Shown here in pieces: positions 57,453 to 64,000 of a stretch of 64,000 bases of DNA. The DNA comes from Thermoanaerobaculia bacterium (GTDB taxonomy: Bacteria > Acidobacteriota > Thermoanaerobaculia > UBA5066). The stretch is from positions 1,280,001-1,344,000 of the forward strand of contig CAVRAY010000001.1 of NCBI GenBank assembly GCA_963719225.1, read 5' to 3'. Within the stretch, counting starts at the first letter, position 1. Every line of letters begins with the position of its first letter. The translations under genes and the position numbers were made by a program. The notes below the pieces were generated by a model. That model worked only from the letters and a program-made list of their open reading frames with translations. It made no database searches and had not been told where the DNA came from.

Positions 57453-59918
57453 CTATGCCAGCGAAGCCTGACGCGAGTCGCGCGCGCGGCGCACGAGGGC
57501 CACGAGGCCGCCCGCCATCATCACGTAGAAGCCTCCCCACACGAGGGAGATGAGGGGCTTCGTCGTCAGGTCGACGGAGAGCGTCTCGCCGGTCGCGGGC
57601 TTGAGGTCTCCTCCCGGCGCGACGCCGAGGAGCTCGATCTCGCAGATGCCTTCGTTCGGCGACACCTTGAGGAGCTTCAGGCGGCCCTTTCCGGGGAGGG
57701 CCGTCTCGGGCGACTCCGAGGCCGATTCCGCATTCGCCCCGCCGAAGTACATCACGAGCCGGGCGGTCTTCTCCTCGGAAGCCTCTGCGGTCGTCACGAG
57801 GAAATTGCCGGTCACGGTGACGTGCGGCCGCGCCGACGCGACCTGCGAGCGGTCGGCGGAAAAGTCGAGGAACTTCACCTTCACGCCCTCGACGGTCTTC
57901 GACTCGCCCTTCTTCAGGGCGAGCGTCGTGCCCTCGATGCGCGCGGACCGGCCCGGATCGTAGGCCTGGGGCGAGACGTAGAGGTCCATCAGCGGCGACG
58001 ACTTCACGTCGGGATTCGCCATCATCTGGTTCGTGCGCGTGTTCGTGTAGAGCTTCGGATATGCCTTCCAGACGCTCCGTCCGGGAGACGACACCTCGAC
58101 CTCCATGGCCTGCTTGGCGCGGCGGTCGGAGAGGTCCAACGAGTTGAGCTCTTCGAAGCGCTTCACGTCGCCGCTGTCCGTGACGAACACGGTGCGCGTG
58201 AACGTCAGGGTGTTGCGACCGACGCTGACGGGCTGGTTCCTGAGGAGGTTCACGGTCGTCCTCTTCTCGTAGACGCCCGAGATGAGGATGCCCACGAGCA
58301 TGATCGACATGCCGATGTGCGCGAGGTACCCGCCCATGGTCTTGACGGCCTTGCGCCTCACGAAGAGGACCGCGGTCTCGACGTTCGCGACGAAGCCGGC
58401 CACGGCGAGACCGAGGATCAGAAGGTCCCCCGTACCGCGTACGCCGGCCGCGAAGAAGACCCCGATGCCGAGGAGGCCCACGACGCCCGGGACGAGCGCC
58501 TTCCTGAGGACACCCTTGCCGCTCTCGCCGCGCCAGGATAGATACGGAACGAGAAGGAGGAGCAGGGCCATGAGCCCCGCGATCGGGCGATGCGTGACGT
58601 TGTAGAAGCTCGTGGCGACCTGCGAGGGCTTGCCCGCGATGCGCGTCAGGATCGGGGCCGAGGTCCCGAGCAGGATGACGAGGCCGGAGGCGCAAAAGAG
58701 CGTGACGGAGAGGATGAAGAGGACCGACCGCGACAGGAACGGCTCCTCTTTCTCCTTGCCGGTCGCCGCGTCCAAGTCGGAAACGACCGGGATCTCCTTC
58801 CAGCGCCACGCGAGGAGGCCGAGGCCGCCCACGAGGAAGACGAGGATGATCCCGACGAGCCAGCCCGTGATTCCGAGATCGATGAAGGAGTGGACGGAGA
58901 AGTCCGCGAGCACGCCGGAGCGCGTCAGGAACGTTCCGTAGAGGATGCAGCAGAAGGCGAGGATCGCGAGGATGATGTTGATCTTGCGGTGCTTTGCCCG
59001 CATCTTCTGAAGGAACATGCCGTGCACGAGCGCGACGGTCGCGAGCCACGGCACGAGCGACGTGTTCTCCACCGGGTCCCAGCCCCAGTAACCGCCCCAG
59101 CCGAGCGTCTTGTAGGCCCAGTACCCGCCCATGAGGATCGCGGTGCCGAGCGTGACGAACGTGAAGAGCGCCCAGGGCATCGCGCGGACGACCCACCCGT
59201 CCCAGCGCTTCATCCACAGAGCGCCGATCGCGAACGCGAACGGCACGGAGAGGGACGCGAAGCCGGAGAACATGACCGGCGGGTGGATGACCATCCACGG
59301 GTCCTGCAGGAGAGGGTTCAGTCCCTGGCCGTCGGCCGGGATCTGCGCGAGGAACCGGAACGGTGACTGCTTCACGAGGATCGCGACGATCCCGATGAAC
59401 GACGCGATGTAGACGATCATGACGGGAGCTTCCTGCTCCTTGGCGGATCTGAGGACGAAGAGCCCGATGAGGGAGCCCCAGAACAGCCACAGCAGGAACG
59501 AGCCTTCCTGCCCGGCCCAGAACGTGGAGAAGAGATAGTAGAAGGGAAGGTCACGCCCCGAATACGACGCCACGTACGAGATGCGGAAGTCATGCACGAG
59601 GAGGCGCGAGAGGAGCAGCACGGACGCGAGGACGATCGAGAACGTGAACGCGTAGTAGAGCCGCCGCGCGAAGAGGAGATTCTGAGAGAGAAGACTCGGA
59701 AGAGGACTTTCTTCGAATGGTAATAGGGCTGGGCCACCAGCCGTCGCGACTGCAGCGCCGGAGCTCCTCTTACCCTTTCTAAGAAAATCCCCGGCCGCGA
59801 ATCCCATACTGGGCATCGTTCGCAGGTACGCGAGCATGCACGTGAGTCCGAAGAGCAGCGCCGCCCAGATCGCGAGCGTGCCTGGCGCGAAGCCAAGAAG
59901 GCCGGGGAGATTGTTCAT
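57453..59918 (-). CDS. ccmF: Cytochrome c biogenesis protein CcmF
   Basis: WAGQEGS, GLNPLLQ, IHPP, WGGYWGWDPVEN, LTRSG..SVHSF. Confidence 0.92.
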   Translation of the reverse strand: MNNLPGLLGFAPGTLAIWAALLFGLTCMLAYLRTMPSMGFAAGDFLRKGKRSSGAAVATAGGPALLPFEESPLPSLLSQNLLFARRLYYAFTFSIVLASVLLLSRLLVHDFRISYVASYSGRDLPFYYLFSTFWAGQEGSFLLWLFWGSLIGLFVLRSAKEQEAPVMIVYIASFIGIVAILVKQSPFRFLAQIPADGQGLNPLLQDPWMVIHPPVMFSGFASLSVPFAFAIGALWMKRWDGWVVRAMPWALFTFVTLGTAILMGGYWAYKTLGWGGYWGWDPVENTSLVPWLATVALVHGMFLQKMRAKHRKINIILAILAFCCILYGTFLTRSGVLADFSVHSFIDLGITGWLVGIILVFLVGGLGLLAWRWKEIPVVSDLDAATGKEKEEPFLSRSVLFILSVTLFCASGLVILLGTSAPILTRIAGKPSQVATSFYNVTHRPIAGLMALLLLLVPYLSWRGESGKGVLRKALVPGVVGLLGIGVFFAAGVRGTGDLLILGLAVAGFVANVETAVLFVRRKAVKTMGGYLAHIGMSIMLVGILISGVYEKRTTVNLLRNQPVSVGRNTLTFTRTVFVTDSGDVKRFEELNSLDLSDRRAKQAMEVEVSSPGRSVWKAYPKLYTNTRTNQMMANPDVKSSPLMDLYVSPQAYDPGRSARIEGTTLALKKGESKTVEGVKVKFLDFSADRSQVASARPHVTVTGNFLVTTAEASEEKTARLVMYFGGANAESASESPETALPGKGRLKLLKVSPNEGICEIELLGVAPGGDLKPATGETLSVDLTTKPLISLVWGGFYVMMAGGLVALVRRARDSRQASLA
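59705..59789. repeat. Paired AT-rich motif inside ccmF
   Basis: ACTTTCTTCGAATGGTAATAGG ... CTCTTACCCTTTCTAAGAAAATC. Confidence 0.75.
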
Positions 59919-59927
59919 GGGGTGACC

Positions 59928-60326
59928 TCAGGCCTTCTTGGCGCCGTACTGTTTTTCGATTTCCTCGCCCTGGTACTTGGACGGACACTTGACGAGAAGC
60001 TTCTCGGCGGCGAAGACCCCGGCGTCGTAACGGCCGATGGCCACGATCGACACGGCGTCCTCGAAATTCGCGGGCTTCACGTCGGTGTAGGAGACGGGGA
60101 TCGACTCCTTGGTCTTCTCGTCGTAGAGCGTGAAGAAGAGCGTCTTCGTGCTCGTTTCGTAGCGCGTCGAGCCCTTTTGGAGAGCGCCCATCACCTGCAC
60201 GGTGCGCGGCGCGGCTTTCGCCTCGGCGAAGGAGACGTAAGGCGTCATCGAGCGGGTGAACGTCGAAAGGCCAAGGGCGAGGAAGCCGAGGACGAGGATG
60301 GCGCCGGCCCAGTACGCGCGTTTCAT
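59928..60326 (-). CDS. ccmE: Heme chaperone CcmE, CxxxY variant
   Basis: N-terminal TM; LLVKCPSKY. Confidence 0.88.
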   Translation of the reverse strand: MKRAYWAGAILVLGFLALGLSTFTRSMTPYVSFAEAKAAPRTVQVMGALQKGSTRYETSTKTLFFTLYDEKTKESIPVSYTDVKPANFEDAVSIVAIGRYDAGVFAAEKLLVKCPSKYQGEEIEKQYGAKKA

Positions 60327-60451
60327 CGGGGTTTCTCCTGCCCGGGCCCGGAGGCCGCCCGGACCTTGCGGTCGAGGTAGACGAGATAGCCGAAGATTCC
60401 GGCCCAGATCACGATGTTGACCGCCGCGACGTAGCCGAGAGCCCCGCTCAT
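60323..60451 (-). CDS. ccmD: CcmD-like small membrane protein
   Basis: MSGALGYVAAVNIVIWAGIFGYLVYLDRKVR..., coupled by ATGA overlaps to ccmC and ccmE; absent from the ORF track. Confidence 0.8.
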   Translation of the reverse strand: MSGALGYVAAVNIVIWAGIFGYLVYLDRKVRAASGPGQEKPR

Positions 60452-61119
60452 GCCGCCCTTTCACGGACGATGCGGGACACGCGCCGATCGAGATTCCACA
60501 TCCAGAAGAACAAGATCATGAATGCCACCATGGAGGAGAAGAAAACGGCTCGGATGTCCGCGGACATTTCGACCTTGCCGCGGACGTTGAGGACGGTGTC
60601 GGGGTGGAGCGACTGGTACATGCGGGGGACGGCGAAGGTCAGGAACGGCACGGTCACGACTGCGACGAGAGCGTACGCCGCCGAGAGCGTCGCGCGCCGC
60701 TCGGGGTCCTCGAGCGCGCCGCGCAGCCCGAGGTACGCGCCGTAGACGAGGAGAAGAAGCACGATGGACGTCTCGCGCGGGTCCCAGTTCCAGTACGAGT
60801 TCCACATCACGCGGGCGAAGATCGAGCCGGTGACCGTGGCCAGGACGCAGAACACGAAGCCGAGGCGCGCCGCGCCTGCCGCGGCGTCGTCGCTCTCGAT
60901 CCGGCGCTTCCTCAGATAGACGGCCGAGTGCCATGCGGCGAGGAAAAACGCGAGGGTCGAGACCCAGGCCATGGGCACGTGGAAAAAGACGATCCGAGAG
61001 GACTCGCCGACGAAGCTCTGGGCGGGGCGGGCCCACAGAAAAGCGGCCCAGCAAATGACGGCCATCCCAAGTCCCAGGAGTGCTTTGAGGAAGAAACCAA
61101 GGCCCTTCACGTGAGGCAT
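60448..61119 (-). CDS. ccmC: Heme exporter CcmC
   Basis: FFHVPMAW, WNSYWNWDPRET, SLHP. Confidence 0.9.
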   Translation of the reverse strand: MPHVKGLGFFLKALLGLGMAVICWAAFLWARPAQSFVGESSRIVFFHVPMAWVSTLAFFLAAWHSAVYLRKRRIESDDAAAGAARLGFVFCVLATVTGSIFARVMWNSYWNWDPRETSIVLLLLVYGAYLGLRGALEDPERRATLSAAYALVAVVTVPFLTFAVPRMYQSLHPDTVLNVRGKVEMSADIRAVFFSSMVAFMILFFWMWNLDRRVSRIVRERAA

Positions 61120-61199
61120 GATACTGCCGAGTCGAGAATCGTTCTCTAAAGCAGGCGAATCAGGTTTCGTCCGGTCGAAAAGAGGTCCCGAGGGCCGAT

Positions 61200-61901
61200 T
61201 CACTCCCGCCAGACGGCGTCGAAGAGCAGGAACGCGGCCGTCGTGACGACGCCGTCGTAGGCCACGAGGAGGCGCACGAAGTCGACTCCGGCCGAGAATT
61301 CCGGCTGCGTGGCGGCGACCCGTGTCGCGAGCACGGCGCCGACGAGTGGCGGCAGGAGGAGCGGGATCGCCAGAACGGCGAAGAGCGCTCCCTTGGCGCT
61401 CGCCTTCGAGACGAGCGCGGCCGTGAACGTGGAGGCCGAGGCGAGGCCGAACGTTCCGAGCACGAGAAGGACCACGAAGAGCGCCGGATCCTTGATCTCG
61501 AACCCCATGAGGACGACGAAGAGCGGCACGATGAAGATCGTCACGGCGCCGAGGAGCGCCACGTTCGCGAGCAGCTTTCCGAGGAGGACGCCGGGCGGCG
61601 GCGCCGACAGCCGGAGAGCCGCGGCCGTCCCCGCGTCCTCTTCGTGGACGAATGTGCGCGAAAGGCCCGTCATCGCCGAGAAGAACAGGACGATCCAGAG
61701 AAGGACGGCGTTCACGGTGGGCCGGTCTTCCGGGGAGAGGCGTGTCGGGCCCACCGCGTAGGCGACGAGGACGAGGACGGCGAAGGCGAAGAGGAAGAGC
61801 GAGTTCACGGCCACGCGCGTCCGCCACTCCGCGAGGAGCTCCCGCCGGAACACGGCGAGGGCCGCCGGGAGGACGGCCGCGGATTTGTGCGGCGCGCTCA
61901 C
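61200..61901 (-). CDS. ccmB: Heme exporter CcmB
   Basis: FRRELLAEWR, FVHEEDAGT, GKLLAN, IPLLLP. Confidence 0.87.
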   Translation of the reverse strand: MSAPHKSAAVLPAALAVFRRELLAEWRTRVAVNSLFLFAFAVLVLVAYAVGPTRLSPEDRPTVNAVLLWIVLFFSAMTGLSRTFVHEEDAGTAAALRLSAPPPGVLLGKLLANVALLGAVTIFIVPLFVVLMGFEIKDPALFVVLLVLGTFGLASASTFTAALVSKASAKGALFAVLAIPLLLPPLVGAVLATRVAATQPEFSAGVDFVRLLVAYDGVVTTAAFLLFDAVWRE

Positions 61902-62524
61902 GAGAGCGTCACGCGTTCGTCCGAGAGCGCCAGGTCTCGCGGGTCGTTCGATGCGATCACGGTGATTCCCCGGAGCCGCTGGGAGGTCACGACCTTCTCC
62001 ACGATGGAGCGGCCCGCCTCGTCCAGGTTCGCGCCCGGCTCGTCGAGGAGCAGCAGGTCGGGCTCGTGCAGCGTCGCGAACGCGAGCTTGACGCGCTGGC
62101 GCTGGCCCGTGGAGAGAGAGGAAAGAGATTTCTTCGAGTATGAAGATTCGGGCAGGCCGACCTCCGCGAGAAGCGCCTTCGCGATGGCCGGCCCGCCCAC
62201 CCGACCTCTTACTTTTTCGAAGAAAATCAGGTTCTCTTCGGCCGTCAACTCGCCATACAGAGAAAGATCGGGGGCGCACCACCCGATGCTGGGCATCACG
62301 TCGCGCGGCTCGTGCCCGCCGGCAGACTCTTCACCTTCCAAGAAAATCTTCGTGCTTCCTCCGCTCGGTCGCAGCAACCCCGCCAGGACCTTGAGGAGCG
62401 TCGTCTTTCCGCTCCCGTTCTCTCCCGCGACGCCGAGGACGTGTCCCTTCTCGACGCGGAACGAGACCGGCCCGAAGGCGCGGCGCCCGAAGGATCGCGA
62501 GAGGTTCTCGGCGACGAGGCGCAT
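61898..62524 (-). CDS. ccmA: Heme ABC exporter ATPase CcmA
   Basis: GENGSGKT, LTAEENL, LSTGQRQR, LLDEP; operon context. Confidence 0.87.
   Translation of the reverse strand: MRLVAENLSRSFGRRAFGPVSFRVEKGHVLGVAGENGSGKTTLLKVLAGLLRPSGGSTKIFLEGEESAGGHEPRDVMPSIGWCAPDLSLYGELTAEENLIFFEKVRGRVGGPAIAKALLAEVGLPESSYSKKSLSSLSTGQRQRVKLAFATLHEPDLLLLDEPGANLDEAGRSIVEKVVTSQRLRGITVIASNDPRDLALSDERVTLS
62127..62351. repeat. Three copies of the AT-rich motif inside ccmA
   Basis: GATTTCTTCGAGTATGAAG; CCTCTTACTTTTTCGAAGAAAATC; CTCTTCACCTTCCAAGAAAATC. Confidence 0.72.
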
Positions 62525-62548
62525 CGCGACAGCATAATCGGTCCCGAC

Positions 62549-63211
62549 GTGCGCTCGCGCATCCTCGGTTTTCTCGTTTTTCTCGCGGTCGTGCTCTACC
62601 GCCTGACGCTGCGCCTCACGATCGTCGGCGAGGAGCATCGGCAGGCCGTTCGCTCTCGCGGGAAAAAGCCTCTGCACGCGATCTGGCACCAGCGGATGGT
62701 CGGCGGGATCCTCGCGCACCGCGGGCTGGGCTATGTGACGATGGCGTCCCGAAGCGCGGACGGCGAGATCATCGCCACGTTCCTCGCGCTCTGGGGCTTC
62801 AAGGCCGCGCGCGGCTCGTCCTCGAAAGGCGGCGATCTCGCCATCCTGGAATTCCTCGTAGCCCTGAAGGACGCGCCCGGCGGTGCGCTCACTCCCGACG
62901 GGCCGCGCGGTCCCGCGCGAAGATGCAAACGCGGGATCCTCACGCTCGCCGAGCAGGGCGAGGCTCTCGTGCTGCCTTCCTCCTCGTCCTCGAGCCGTCC
63001 GAAGTTCCTGAATTCGTGGGACCGTCTTCTCCTGCCGATGCCGTTTTCGAGGTGTGTCGTCGTCTTCTCGCCCGCGCTCGAGCGGGCTCCCGGCGAGATC
63101 GAGGAGGCGTTCCTGGCGCGCGCGGACGCTGCGCTCGACTCCGCGACGGCAGAGGCGGACCGTCTCTGCGGCGTGAAGGACGGCCCCCGTGAGAAGGGAA
63201 AAGCGGCATGA
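62549..63211 (+). CDS. DUF374 / lysophospholipid acyltransferase family protein
   Basis: AIWH, SRSADGE, RGSSSKGG, TPDGPRGP, SWDRLLLPMPF. Confidence 0.85.
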   Translation: MRSRILGFLVFLAVVLYRLTLRLTIVGEEHRQAVRSRGKKPLHAIWHQRMVGGILAHRGLGYVTMASRSADGEIIATFLALWGFKAARGSSSKGGDLAILEFLVALKDAPGGALTPDGPRGPARRCKRGILTLAEQGEALVLPSSSSSSRPKFLNSWDRLLLPMPFSRCVVVFSPALERAPGEIEEAFLARADAALDSATAEADRLCGVKDGPREKGKAA

Positions 63212-64000
63212 CTCTTCCCGTAACGCTCGACGACGTGAAGGCCGCCCGCGAACGGATTTCCTCTCACGTTCACCGGACGCCGGTGATGACCTCGCGCCGC
63301 CTCGACGCGCGCGCGGGCTGCCGCCTGTTCTTCAAGTGCGAGACGTTCCAGCGCGTGGGCGCGTTCAAGGCGCGAGGCGCGTTCTCGAGGCTCTCGCTCC
63401 TGGCGCCGGAGGAAAGGAAGCGCGGTGTCGTGGCGTTCTCCTCCGGCAATCACGCTCAGGCCGTCGCGCTCGCGGCCCGGGAGCTCGGCGTCTCGGCCGT
63501 CATCGTCATGCCGCGCGATGCCCCTGCGCTCAAGCTCGCCGCGACGCGCGGATACGGGGCCGAGGTGCGGCTCTACGAGCGCGCCGAGGAAAGCCGCGAG
63601 AAGATCGCCGGCGGGATCGTGGCCGACGAAGGCCGAATCCTCGTGCCGCCGTTCGACGACGTGGCCGTCATCGCGGGACAGGGCACGGCGGGGCTCGAGC
63701 TCCTCGAAGACGTGCCGGACCTCGATGCTGTTGTCACGCCGCTCGGCGGCGGCGGTCTCCTCTCCGGCGTGGCGGTCGCCATCAAGGCGCTCCGGCCCTC
63801 GATCCGCGTCTTCGGGGTCGAACCCGAGGCGGGAGACGATTTCGTGCGCTCGCTCGCCGAAGGACACCCCGTGTCCATCCCCGTGCCCGCCACGATCGCG
63901 GACTGCCTACAGACGACGAAGCCCGGCGTTCACACGTTCGCGCTCGTATCCGCTCTGGTCGAGCGGGTCGTCACCGTGAGCGACCTCGAGCTCAGGCACG
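63208..64000 (+). CDS. PLP-dependent Thr/Ser dehydratase family protein (partial, runs off the window)
   Basis: HRTPV, FKCETFQRVGAFKARGA, SSGNHAQ, AGQGT, PLGGGGL. Confidence 0.9.
   Translation, partial: MTLPVTLDDVKAARERISSHVHRTPVMTSRRLDARAGCRLFFKCETFQRVGAFKARGAFSRLSLLAPEERKRGVVAFSSGNHAQAVALAARELGVSAVIVMPRDAPALKLAATRGYGAEVRLYERAEESREKIAGGIVADEGRILVPPFDDVAVIAGQGTAGLELLEDVPDLDAVVTPLGGGGLLSGVAVAIKALRPSIRVFGVEPEAGDDFVRSLAEGHPVSIPVPATIADCLQTTKPGVHTFALVSALVERVVTVSDLELRH

Overview
High-GC (about 70% by eye) bacterial chromosomal segment. Gene content and protein families suggest Acidobacteriota, probably Thermoanaerobaculia-like (inference only). No rRNA, tRNA or CRISPR array was seen. (1) 1-17.5 kb is a stress and desiccation island: the tail of a sigma54 activator, a giant cyclic beta-1,2-glucan synthase with a fused C-terminal receiver domain, a DEGS-like desaturase, a CHASE3 histidine kinase, duplicated lmo0937-type small proteins, a LigD remnant, topoisomerase IB, SOD, a ferritin-like protein and Ku. 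Most of these genes have their own -24/-12 sigma54 promoter. (2) 17.5-28.3 kb holds DNA repair and signalling genes (mutY, CHAD, GGDEF-EAL, GNAT, uvrA paralog). (3) 28.3-36.5 kb is an FHA-RDD / TPR / large secreted protein / Ser-Thr kinase / FadL-like barrel cluster. (4) 36.45-37.95 kb is an IS110-family (IS1111-type) element with sub-terminal inverted repeats and a readable bridge RNA whose putative guides match its own target and donor junctions. (5) 38-64 kb holds nucleotide-sugar genes, mlaEFD, plsC, a DASS transporter, mrp, puuD-like, CBS, ggt, ATL, an M13 peptidase and a ccmABCDEF (System I*) operon. The most unusual signal is a dispersed AT-rich motif of about 22 bp, consensus GATTTTCTTMGAA-R(n)-GGTRAGAGG. 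It occurs roughly 15 times, usually as convergent pairs spanning 80-160 bp, both between genes and overprinted inside protein-coding genes.
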